A program made the translations under genes and the position numbers. A stretch of DNA of 64,000 nt. It comes from Paragordius varius. Taxonomy: Eukaryota; Animalia; Nematomorpha. The DNA lies in NCBI GenBank assembly GCA_964247055.1, contig OZ176056.1, positions 3,844,001 through 3,908,000 of the forward strand. The letters are read 5' to 3'. The number at the start of each line of letters is the position of its first letter. Position 1 is the first letter of the stretch. Shown one piece after another: positions 36,601-50,529 of the stretch. The notes beneath the pieces are model-generated. The model saw nothing but the letters and a program-made list of their open reading frames with translations. It was not told the DNA's origin and did not search any database.

Positions 36601-39600
36601 TTGTCTTAATGGGTGATTAATGTCCAAAAAAGATAACACAAGAAAGTTTTTTTGATTAAAACATTCATTTATTGCTTTAATGCCATTCAAAACAGCCATT
36701 TTTAAGATTTTTGTTTTTTTAAAAAATTATCATCTCATCAATATTGATTTTTTTCTTTAGTTGGCTTATATTTCAAAATATCAAAGACTAAAAACAAGGT
36801 TTAAGGTATTTTTGCTAATTTTAACGATTATGTAATATATTTACAGTATAACTATGCATATTAGTATCCACTATGATGATAAAAATTTTTATTAAAAAAG
36901 CACACCATAAGCTTTTTCAAGGGTTTTTTTTTTAAATTTATACTAATGTAACCCTTAAATTATATTAAAATAATTTATATTTTTAAATTAGTTATATTTA
37001 TCTTAATTAAGGGTAAATTACGACCTTATACCAAATAATACATCAGATTGGTTTAAATGACTAACCAACATTTGAAAGATACAGTTTTTCCACTCTTTCG
37101 AATGATATTGAATACATGGGCTCTATATCTAAAACTTTAATTTTGAATCGGGTTTATTGTTAAATCGGAGTCAAAAATTATCGATAAACCCTAATAATAA
37201 AATTATTGGGTGTTAGACCGATTGTCTTTTCAGATATACCATACTTGAATGAAATAATTTTTAAATTCACAAGAATGGCAGTTAAAAGTATTTATTGTCT
37301 AGCTAGTGTTATATAGGCATTAAATCTATTGCAAAAAGCTAATGTATTTCCAACCTATAACGTATAGATAAACTAACACATGACAGGTTTAACAAGATGT
37401 TCATGATTTTAGTGTTAAAACAATTTAATCTAACGGGTATTATATAAACGATATAAAAAAATTAGAACATTAGTATGAAAAACAACCAGTTAAGGATATG
37501 ATCAAATTAATTTCGTTACCCCATAGTCCATATTTAACTAACAAAATATCTAAAATTTTAAGTATTTTTAATAATAAAACGGGCCGTCCCGATAAAAAGA
37601 TAAACAATATTTATAATAAAATTAAAAGTTAAAATTGATCGATCATATTTATTGTTTTCAATGTGGAATGTGCTATATTGGTCAAAGTAAAAAATTGAAA
37701 CACATATCACACCAAGTTTATTGAAAAATCTAACAAAAAATAGTTCCATTGCTAAACATGATTACTTAATTCTAATGATATAGTTTGTATCCCTAATAAC
37801 CATTACATAATCAATTGAGATATTAAAAATAGTACTAACACTTTAATCGGTATTGGTACATTATCAACCCCGATTGGAAAAGCGTGTTTTAAATAGTTTT
37901 ATTTTTATTGATATCGCCATTTTGAGTTCTGAAACTAGTATATTTTTATCGTGTTTTATAATACTCAAATAAAATTTTTATCTAAAAATATTAAAATGTA
38001 AAATAAAAGAAATTCTCAGCTTAAACTTTTTTGCCATACCTAAAATAACCGGCAAAAATATATTTGGACAAAATGAAAATTAACTTTAGAGAGCTTTTGA
38101 ATTCCATTTTAGGAGAAATCGATATTAATTTTATGTGAGCCCTTTGATTCGATTGTGTAAAAACTAATATTAGTTTTATCCAATGCAGGAAAACAATGAT
38201 TACAGCTTTCAATACATTAGTATATTAACAAGTTTTGGCTAGTTATAAAACCAACCCAAAATGAAATCGTATACGAAAAAAGAAAAGGTAATTTAAGATT
38301 GTTAACTAAAAACTTATAGTATTATATTGTTCAAGTTGCCTGTAGAAAATATACCCCAATAGACAAATAATGATTTGGCTTTTCATCTAAATGGATATTG
38401 GAGTTAATTCTTAGTTTTAATGTTAAATTCCTATATATCGTTAATATTATTTAGCAAAAAAATTTTTTTGTCAACCAGATATCTCAAATTTCTATTTTTT
38501 ATCTATAATTTAACTGAGACATAAGACATCACGTAGACTTTACCCAATTTAATCCTTTCCCTTGGGAAATTTTGTAGTGAAAAAATAAAATTTAATTAAA
38601 GTTTTTAATAAATCACGAAAGATGTCAAATTTTGTCGGTGTTTTTCCTATATAATAAAATCATAAAACTAAGCATCTTTAAATTATATCAATAAGGTTCA
38701 TTTTAAAGCTTTACGCTTAACACCATTTTAAAAAGATAGTTTAGTGGGGAATGATTTAAACTTATTTGGATTATGGCTATCATTAAAATAAATATTGGTG
38801 ATATAACAGTTAATTAATTTATATAATTAAAAACATGGATAATACAATTGGTTTGAATATTTGGAATCAAAGGCTCACTCGACAATAAAGACAGATTTGG
38901 GTTGTTTAAATTTTTTAATAAAAATCGAAAACTAAATTAACCGTCTTGCAATCCAAAATTATACCGAAAATCCGGTTGCATTTCAAATATTTCCTTATTT
39001 ATAATGCTATTAAAATTTTACGGATAAAACGTGAAAATATAATGACATATATTTTTTGCCAAAGATAACCACACTCTAAATCTAAAACCTTAATTATTTT
39101 TATATAAAATATTTAACCACGATTAATATAAGATTGGTTGTGTTACCAATAATCATATCTATCCCATACATTGCACTATTAAACAATGAGTTAAAATTAA
39201 AAAATATAAGATTAAAAAATTAAGGTTGTCTTTTGGAAAAAATATTTGTCTTTATATTTTTACAGTTTCAAATATATAATGATTTTAACAAATGTTATTG
39301 TCTTCAATCAAAATCTTATCATCATAAAGAATAATTTTGTTCATTTTTAGCAAATGCTTAAATTAAAATAGATCCCCTCCATATTAGCTGACTAAAACAA
39401 CTCCTTGCCCTATTTCTATCCTCTGAAATATATATGATAGAAAAATGCATAATAATTTTTAGGGTATTTTTGGTTAAGAAGCTCACGGGTAATTTAAAGA
39501 GAGAGAATTTCACTTTTGTGTTGCTTTCCTTTTGAAAAGTCCCAAAATTAGCACTCATAATACCGAATATATTTTCTTAAACAAAATATGTAATGTTGTA

Positions 39601-42600
39601 TTATTAATTACATCATTTCTATATTAAATTTATGTTTAGATGTGTGCCCTGAAAAATTGTAATAATCAATCTTAAAATTACCGAAAAATTTTGTGATTGC
39701 CTTGTAGGCTAATAGAATTAGATATTTTTGAAAAAGTGCATATTTTACCTAAAAAAATTAATCGTGATGAAGCCGATTTTACGGTAATACTGGACGGATA
39801 AAAGCGCTGAAAAGTAGTTCTATCAAAAACAAAAAAGATTTTTATACTTCAAATTTAATTAGATATATTGTATCTAAAAATACTAATAATTTAAAAATCC
39901 ATCATATATTTGTAATTCATATGTCACAAATTCAACACTTTTGTCTTCTTTTAAATCCCATCGGCTTACAAAATTTATCAATTTTTATGAAAAGTAATTG
40001 ATATAAAATCCATGTTTTTTAGTCCCCTGCCCAACCATTTTTCTAAATCGGATAAAAATTATACTCTTTGCAAAGTTTTCATCCCAACAATCTTTCACAC
40101 TTAAATCATATTTATTGATATTTTTCTAAATAGTAATATGGCGCAAAGCTTTTTTAAAAACAAAATTTTGTTTAAATTTAGGTTTATTTTGATAATATTT
40201 TTTGTCGCTTAAAAAACAGAGGTTTGCAAAAGATATTCTATTAAATTAATAAAATAAAATATAGTAAGACTGTTTGATGTTATTTTATTTGCATGAATAC
40301 ATTATAATATTTGGGCTTTGGGAAAACTATTTAATTGTTAAATTTTTTACCGATTACAAAGATATGGTTCATTCATATAAGTTTTTGGTTGTTTGATTTA
40401 TGTTATCTATTATAACGAAAACGAAATTTTTGTAGGGTTATCATGTTTTAACAAAAAAATATATTCAAAACAAATTAACTTAATTTATGACCAACCCATA
40501 CATAACACAATTTAAGCAAACTTGCATGTTGCTATATCAATATTTTTGCATTTCAACCCAAACATGTTATTAGAATAAAAAGATATAACATTTTTTTTAT
40601 CTATTTTACTCATCTTTTATTATTTTTGCACATTATGTTATTTATATTTTTGATATCATTACTAAAAAATAAATGTTAGTTTATGTTTTTTTAGATATTG
40701 CGTTTTCAGGATTCCAAGGTCAGTGTACTACATTTCAAATTTTATTGTTGTGTTTGAGGCCCATGATTGCACATATCTTTTTTTTGAAGGGTAAAAATGT
40801 TTAGATAAAAATTTTATCCTACATTTTTTTGCCTTTAAAATTACTGTTGTAGCATAATTATTTTTGTAAGAAACACACACACACACTCACCAGATAACAG
40901 ACTTAATTTTTTTGCTAATACTAAAAAATAACTTATTTATCTATTTGGCCCAGCCTCGTGTTTAATTTATGGGAAAAAATGTGCAGTGGTTTTATTAGTT
41001 TACTGGGCGTTTTTTTTACATCTTTGGTGGTGTTTAACAAGAATATTTTAATTTATATAAAACGTAAAATAAAATTTTATGATTCCTGATTCCATATGTT
41101 TTAGGTAATATATCAGTCAGATTCCATAAATAAAGGTGGAATTAATAATTACATAGCCTATTTTGAAATAAGTATGGTGCAAATAATCTAACGACTCTGT
41201 CAGAACTAGTTACCTTTTCATATTTTAAGCATCTATGAGATTTTTCATTTTATCTGTTACATTTTGAAATAAAACACCGTATTTTTATCTCAGCAATTTT
41301 CGGAAAAATGTGACTAATAAAAACGGAAAATTTTGCATATGAATATGTAAATTTAATATCCTTTAATCCACTTGTAAATACAGAAATGGCCTATAATTGG
41401 TCTCGTTATTGTATTGGCTTTTAAAGCTAGTTTAATACGTGAGCATACAGATCATTCCATGGACACATAATGAAAAATTAATTTTTTTCCGAATTTTTTA
41501 TTAACAATAGAATACTGTTAGCGTAGTTTTAGGATTTATTGAAAATTAAAATATTGATGGCTATTTAAAGTTCAAAAATTAAAAAAAAATAATATTACTA
41601 GAATTATTCACCAAAATTTGTTTTGCTTTTAATTACATATAAAAAAATTGGCATAAATGTAAAAATAAATACTATTAATATTGTAAAACTAATCAATATT
41701 TGACAGGATTTTAGTAATTTTTCATTTGTTTCAATTGCATCTGAGGCGTAAATTTAGATTCTAGAAGGTAGAAAACTCATCCATTTATTTTATTTTAACA
41801 AGTGTACCAAGTTTATGCGCATCATACAAACTATAGAAAAGAATAGAGCTCAAAAGTGATATGTTAAAGCCAATCCACTTTAATGTTTTTAATGGTTGAT
41901 TAATTAGTGCAAATAAAATTCCTGTATATTTTCCGTGGGTTATTTATATAATTATAACTGTGTGGGTAATGATAACGTGGCTGTATTAATTGAATACAGA
42001 TTAATCGAAAATACGGTATTAAATAATAAATTCTTTAAAATTTTAATTTTGAAAACTATTGTCAGGAGTCCCCCTTTTAACAGAAATAAACGATTTAAAT
42101 GATCATTGGTTTATTTACCTTTAATTTCTATACTTAGTATACATATGTCCTTATATATATTTGGCATAGGCTTCATCTAATAAATTTTAAAGTCTATTGT
42201 CATCTATTATAAGAATTTTGTAAATAAAAAATTCGTCGCATATGTTAAAATTTTTAGAATAAAAAACCACAATAGTCATTTACATCAAAATATTTTAGTA
42301 TTTCTTTGTTATATAATATATATACCGTTTTTAATTAATTAATCGGTCAAATTTTAATTAATTTTAATATCCAATTTTAAAAATAGAAAAATTGTGGTAA
42401 TTAATTGCTAATCAATAAAACCTACTGGCCTAAACTGTATGATATTGTTATAATAGACTTAAATATGTATTTTATAAATCATATTAATCCGCTTTTGTTT
42501 CACAATGAGTTTTAAAAGAGTTTTCATTGTTTATTTAATGGACGCCATTAATTTATAAATTTCTAAATTATAATTATATATCAATGGTGTTAACATTAAC

Positions 42601-45600
42601 TGTTTCTATTTATATTAGGGTATCTTTTTTAAAATAATGGGTAGAATTTTTTGTGAGTATTTTCTTTAAAAATAAATTATGTCCTTGAATTATTTGAATA
42701 TCATTTACTTTTGTTAGCGGCATTTGGAATATTAGACACTTAAACATATTAACAAATATTATATCATATATTTTATCGAACAACCAGAGGCGTAGCTAGG
42801 GGGGTTAATGAGTGGTCATAACCACCGTTTATATTTGATTATTTTTTAATAATGCAGGGGGTACCGGGTTTCAGAAAACAATCATATTTCTCAGAAATAG
42901 TTAAAACAAATGGGTTATCTCAAAAAACCTATCACAAAAGCTTTTTGTTACTGTATAAAATGGCATTAGATGGTTAAATAATTGAAAACCTCACAATGTT
43001 TATCTTGGAATAATAGTTAACACACTCTAATAATTAGACATTTCAACATGATTGATTGATTGAGACATAATACAAAAACCGGCAAAATTGGTTAAAGTTA
43101 TATTCAAAGGATATTTTGCATCAGAAAATAAGGTAAGCCACACCATTTAAAATCTGAATGACAAAATAAATAACGTCCTTGACTTATTATGTTTCATAGA
43201 AAAATAATATTAATTTTATATATGTCAGTCTGTGTACAATATTTATATCCATTAATAAAAATATATTTCAAATGATTTTTAAATCATTTAAAATGAATAT
43301 GAGAGAGAGGGAGAAAGAAATAAATCTTTGAGAGAAGGGATTCGATTCTATAATAATAAAGTAGACCGTGAATGAATCAAACAAAAGTAAGATGGTGGAA
43401 TGATACATATAGGTCAATTGACATATAAAATTTAATTTTCAGGCGAACATGCATATTCCACATCCATTTTTTTCAGTAATGATTTCGTTTGTAATAAAAA
43501 AACTTTTTTAATTTTAAAAAAAGAGCTCTTACAGGCACTGAAATATTATTATTTGTGGTAATTCGATATTTTTACCAATTCAATACTATTGTTATTTTTA
43601 GGTAATTATGGTTTAGCTAATATAAGTATCCATTTAGTTCTTTATATTGCAATGAATAATTTCTGAAACCATCTAAAATGACATACTTCCCCTACCCCAA
43701 AATATAAATATGGGTTGTTGAACAAAAAAACCTAAATTAATAATTTAAATTTTTTCTGAATTTCCTTAAAATGTTTTTAAGTCTAATCGTTAAATTACAC
43801 AGATTCTATCTAACATTTTGAATGTCAATAAATTTATCTATCAAAAATTAAGTTTAATTGTAAACATATGTCCATTTTATTAAGTTATAATACCCAAAAC
43901 GTCATATAAGTTTTCATTTTGAGACACATATTATCAAATAATTATCAAACATTATTTTTTTTTGACGTCTTGTTCTTTTAATTAAAATCAAAAATAATTC
44001 GGATATTCAATTTTGACACAAGAATATTTTCCCTTAAAATTAAATATTTTTTTTACAATAAATTAATATTATAAAACCATGTGAATATGCATGGCCCTGT
44101 CAATAAACCAGTTCAAGCGGCTTAAATGTCTAAATTTCTTAAAAAAACTCTAGTGTGAAAAATAAACCATTATTTTCGTGGTTTATAATTTAATAATTTA
44201 AAATAAGTGGTGGGCAATAAAATTGGCTTAATTTCTTTAGAAAATGTGGTCAATTTACATGAAAGTCACTAAAAACACTTTTAACCATCAAACATTTCTC
44301 CAATCCTAACAAAATTATTATTAATCTAAACTTGATCAACAAAATAAAATAAGGTCACTCTTTGTCAACTACTAGATACTATTTAATGTTAAATTAAATT
44401 ATTGCATAAAGAAAGAGAAAAACTGCAATTATGTTAAGTAATGAAATACACTATTTACCATTTTCCAGGTATATAAAATTCATGTTTAATATCGAAAGAA
44501 ATCCCTCTTTTTGTGGACCATAAAATTTTGATTATATATATAAAGAACGATCTTTATTTGTGATAATGAGAAATAAAAATAAAATATAACCTAGTAAAAA
44601 TACACATTTTTATATTCCAGTTTTTTAAGGTAACTAACAAACTAAGTATGTAATAACATTCAAGGTTTTCTCAGAGCTTGGCACTGAAACATGATATAAA
44701 ATATTTTTTGCACAATACTTACATAATTGCAAGAAAAAAATTTAAATGACCTTATTTTTTAATGCTGTATATGGAATATATTTTTAAAAAATATGCCTCT
44801 GTGATATTTTTTATTGAATAATGTCATTTAGTTGCTCTCAGGCTTTGAAACAAAATAGTTATGGCAAAAATTAATCAAGTTGAATTAATTTACAATACAG
44901 TAACGAACACTATTTTAGACAATATCCATATTTTGAATGGCTCAAAGAAGGGTATTTATTTTCATGTCAGTAGTTGCATGAGATTTTGTTTTTATTGCTT
45001 AATTTATAAAAATTTTGGAAAAAATTAGAATGGTCAATTAAATATGTAACCAATCAAATGAAAAATCTCACATACATGGCTTCAATTAAAATACAGTTAT
45101 GACTTATAAATAAGGATCGTTACAGTTTGAAAAAAGTTTGCTTTTTACACATTTGGGAAGAAAAATCCAATATTTTTTTTTATTTTTAGAGATTAAGAAA
45201 TAACAGTGTGGTAACTTATGTGGCTCCACACCACACATACATAATACTTTAAATTTTATTATAAAGGCAAAAAAATGATTGTTTTGGGGAATAAAAAATG
45301 TTATAAAAAGGGAATTTCCATCTCGAAAATGCACATGAAATATGCAGCAATATAATTTGGGCTAAATTGGTATTATTAATATTAGTAGAAAAAAAAACAG
45401 CAAAGCATCTTTTACAAGTAAAAATAATGATGGTTTCTCACTCTGTGTGTAGTGGATGGATAACAGATAAAATACCCAATAATTTGGGGTTATTTTCATG
45501 TACATATGAAAGAAAAAAACCTCATTTAACAGTAAACACATATAATACCATATAATATAATATATTCAAAAAAAAATAACGTTTAGTTTGCTAACCAAGC

Positions 45601-47947
45601 AACCACATAATACCCCACACTAAATGCTAAAAAATTCCCAAATTATATATAAAATTTATCCCCATATTACATTTTTATGTGTATGAAGAAAAAGTGCAAA
45701 CATAAGAATCGCATTTTATACCAAGCTTTACTTAAATTTCCCCAATAACCTTGACATAGAAATACGAAAAAAAGACTAGTTTTTTTTAAACTTGGAAGTC
45801 AGCCCCCTCCATATAAAAATCTATTATATTTTAACAATCTTTATTTATAATGCAATATTTTTTTTCGTGGTTATTACTTTTTTTAAGGAGTTGTTGTTTT
45901 GAAAAGTTACGGATGTTTTATAATATATATCCATGCACTTGATAAAGACATCAAAAAAGATATTATTATATAATATTTGGAAATACTTTAATTACAGTAA
46001 AATACATAAAATATAATTATTTTCATTTTAACATTGATCATATATTTTAACCTAGATATTTTTCGATTAAAAGTTTTTTTTTTCGATATCCATATATATA
46101 TAACATGTTAGATCAATAGTGATAATAATTGCTTTTATGTAATTTTGCTGACCTATGATTAAATGTTAAAATAAATTTACAATATATATATAAATATTTT
46201 CTTACAATAATATTAAAAATATCTAACGTTTCATTTATATAAAGCAAACTATATCTTTCCCTATCATATTATTCAGAACCAATCTTTGGACTATTCTTAC
46301 TAAGGTTAGAATTTTAATTTAAAAATTTTAAATAACTTTATTGAAAAAGGGTAAGATGGGAATAATCTTATTTGCATTTTCAGGTATTTTCATTTTTTAG
46401 CGAATTATATATTAAATCAACTATTCATGTCAACGTTTAAATATTAAAAGTGTCGAATACAAATAACTTGGTTAGCCGCATCTCATAGACAATAAAAATT
46501 TACTTTCACTTTAATTAACTAATCTTATAGTGCATTAAAATAATTAACCCTTTAATAGTTTTTAATCAATAGAAATAAATTTTCTGACTAAATTAAACCA
46601 TGAATATATAATCTAATCATAGGTTGAAGGCAAAATGAAATTAATTATTATATTTAATTTTAACACAATTTTGTATGTAAAATATAATTTCGAATTATTT
46701 CCAATTTTTTAAAATTTTTAGCGGGCCGGATTTATTATGAAGCATTGCGGGTTGGACACCCTCGGGTCTAAATATATATAATAAGGTTAAAATATTTAAA
46801 TATTTTAAAAAAGTGATTTTTTTTAAGAATTTTATGCTGATATTTAACCATTTTTCCACCCAATTAACCAGTTTATTATAATACAATACAAACTAAAACC
46901 CCTAGGAAATATATTTTTTAAACCACCCCCTAAACATCATCTTTGTAGAGCGAGAGTTATGGCAAAACTAATTGTCAATTAATTTCGATTGTGTGTTTGG
47001 GGTCGGGGGATGTCAATCAAATATATCGATTCATCTATAGGGCTCTCTCGTCAACAAATAAGATTTTTATATTTTTATTTATTATTCTAAACAATGACGT
47101 TAAAATTTTCAAATGATTCAATGTTTGTCCTTTAAAATCAAATGAAAATAATTTTATAATTTTAATCAACCCTATGCGAATGTTATCTCAAAGAATATGA
47201 TGTCGTAATATATCACAAAAAACCCTATTTTATAGATGATTTTAAAATTTCATAACAATTAATTAGGTTTTTAATTGTTTTATATATAGTATCTAAATAA
47301 ACTCCTTTTAACACTAATTAACCAATATTTTAATTTGTTGGTTTATAATAAATTTTTATATAAAAATTTAACTAAGCTGAACCATGATAACATACGATTA
47401 AAAACTATTAAATGGTCATAAATATTTTATTATGACCAGTATTCGGCCAATTAAACAATAAATTAAATGAAATTATTTGTAATTAATATTAATATTTGAT
47501 CTTAAATATATTTTTTATTTTAAAAATTAAAAGTGTTAATTAGCTATTTATTTGATGTAATTGTCCAAAATTATGTAGTATTAAAATAACTTCATAGAAT
47601 ACTCAAAATTATAATTTAATTTAATTTTCAAATCGTATATCTCGTATTAGCCAAGTTTTGCGGGTTTTATTAGATAACTCATACAAATTTTTACTTACAT
47701 ATTTAGAAAAATGTCATTTTAGAGGTTGTGTTGTCTTATATTAAAATTATTATTTTTAACAAAAAATATATTCAATTTATGGCAGTTATTGAAAACAATA
47801 TTTTTGGCTTAAGAAACTTTTTTAGGCGATATCTATTCTTTATAGTTAGTTAAATGTGACTTTTGATTAGGCAATAAAGAAAATGAATATATAAAATGTG
47901 ATCAAATAATTTTGGTTTTTTTCAAGTTTAAATTACACATAAAAAGG

Positions 47948-48190
47948 CCACGGGTGTTCGACATGCGGCCGTACAAATGGATTTCTACAGCCCGCTAGTA
48001 ATATAAAATACAAATTTTTACGGAATTTAAACAAAAAAAATTTTATTAAACAAATTTTTTATTCAAATTTTGGCAAGGAGCTAGCACAAATGTTAAAATA
48101 AGTAGTTGTTTTTAAAGTCTTAAATCTATGATTCAATAAAATATTTGTTATTGCCCATATATTTCCAAATGCGGCTAGCCGGTTTTTTTT
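47948..48190 (-). mobile_element. hAT-like MITE family E, degenerate copy
   Basis: cacgggtgttcgacatgcggcc start; interior matches 22288-22430. Confidence 0.5.
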
Positions 48191-48229
48191 CCCTAAAATA
48201 AAGGCGAATTTTTATATATTTCATATATA

Positions 48230-48470
48230 CCATATACACTTCAAATTCACCCTTGAACAATTCAAATTCACCCTAAAATATTATGTGTTTTAGGGTTAAT
48301 AACACATCATTACTATGCAATATTCCTTTATGGCACGGCTTATTTTTTTTTCAGTATCATGTTTAGGTTAAATTTAATTCATTTTTTTGAAATTTTTTAA
48401 AACATTTATTTTAAGGTGAATTTTAATTGTTGGGTAATTATAATTTTTTGAGGGTGAATTTTAAGTTAGG
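48230..48470 (+). mobile_element. MITE family A, degenerate copy
   Basis: tata|ccatatacacttcaaattcacccttgaacaattcaaattcaccc start; interior ctttatggca...tcagtat as in the 53478 copy. Confidence 0.6.
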
Positions 48471-48630
48471 AGACTTTTTATTAGTTAATAATATAATCAA
48501 CTTAAAAGCTGCACCACCAAGTCTTTGAATTATAAATATTTACAACCTTCCCCATATTGGAAATATTAATTTAATATACTCTCACGCCCAATTTTTGAGA
48601 TAAATTAGGATTAAGTATTTTAATCATTTA

Positions 48631-48906
48631 CATTTAATTAAAAACCGACAAAACCTGACAATATAATGACAATTAAAAAATGAATGATACTTCTTAAATC
48701 TAGATTCATTTTATTTATAACTCATTTTTTAAGACTGCAAAGTATGAGATAAAGATGTATATGGAGAACATGATCAAATATGTATATTTTAAGATTGTAA
48801 TTAAATGATTATTATTATAGGATAAATTAAGACTAAAGGAAGTGTGGTTGTCGTTTAAAAAAATGTTTCTATCGCTACTTTTTGTCCGTATAATTTCAAT
48901 TTACCG
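48631..48906. mobile_element. Tc1-like MITE family C, older copy
   Basis: Interior ctgcaaagta...gattgtaattaaatgatt and right end tttgtccgtataatttcaattaccg match 12694-12969; same 276-bp length. Confidence 0.6.
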
Positions 48907-50529
48907 TAATTTTAGATATATAAAATAACTTTTTTCTTTATAATCAAAATTTCTACGGATAGTTTTTATTATAGAAAAAGGGAGAGATTAATTACAGGGG
49001 GGTGGCTACTGTAAAAATAACTTAAATTTACATGAGCAAATAATTAAAGCTGCCATTTTTTTGTTATATTTGACATTATGTAATATTTGTTTTATAGCAT
49101 ATATATCATTAAATTTACATTATAATAATAATCAATGTAAAATATTTGTTTGACTAATTGGGGCAAATTTAAATGTGTATCTTTTTTCAAATATTTACTT
49201 TTGTATGATTATAATATTAATTGCAATATAAAATTGCCTAATTACCCGTTAAAAGATGCATGTATTTGATTATAAAATTTTTAAATTAAATTATAAACTA
49301 AAATCATATTTTATTATTTTATAATAGAATTACCGAAAGAAAATTGTGCAAGAATATTATGTGTATAGAAGGATGATAAAAGTCATAATAATAATAGATT
49401 ATTTTTCGGTCTACCAAATATATATTTGAAAAAAAAAACATATCGATATTCTTTACCTATAAAGGAGCAAAAAATTGCTAAAAATTAAAATTTGCGCTTC
49501 TAATAATAGCAACAATTGTTATCAAACCAACAAAATAATAAGCGACCCGCACACAAAAGGTAGTCTCAGATAAATAACTGTAGTATTTGCCAAAAACGAA
49601 ATGCACCTATTTTTAGCTTTAACTGACAATTTTTAACCTTGTCCTTCGACAAAGAAAAACGTTAAGCGACCCAAAAAACAATTGTGTCGTCGCAAATATA
49701 TTATAACAATAATACAATCCAAATTCTATTAATAGATTTCATTGTTGCTATATTGTTTATCTATCATTTTAAAGCATATTGGCCCGCGCCTGAAAATCTT
49801 GCCGAAATTTACCTACAATAATAATATTAGTTGTGCTAATATTAATCGATCGTTTTTAAACAAACAATAAAATTATGTATTGACATTTGAAGTATTTTGT
49901 CCTAATATAGATTCTAGCCGGAAACGAATTATGACGACTGTCCCATACATCTTTACCCTAATTTCTTATTGTATACTTTGTGATTAATTATATATTTTGC
50001 CCATCCTAATTGAACAAAATATATAGATATATATAAAGGTCAAATAATGAAGTATAAAAACTAATTTAAACTGCCTGATAAATAAATAGTAAATTGTTAA
50101 CTGAAATTTTTCACTGCAAACATACCGATACCCCTTAACGTGTGAAAACGGAGAAAGCCTATAAACTTATACAAATACATTTTAACATTCGATTCGTTAA
50201 AAAACTTACGTCATCTAACAAACCGATTTTAACTTGTTTCAACTAAACGTAAGTCAATTAAACCTAAATAATTAGTTATACGATATTAAAAATTAATTGT
50301 TTCAATATATCCTATAATTTTACTAACTTGAATATGGATCCCACCTCAATGATTCGTTATTCCAATCAGATACATAATAACGACATAGATAAAACAATCA
50401 TGAACTATCGATTAATAAACGAAAGTTACCTAATTATAATCCCAATAGATAAATGTTTAAGAATGTCATTTTTAATTTGGCAGGGTTACAGTATATTAAA
50501 TAATTAAATATTTTCGCCATATTACCCAC

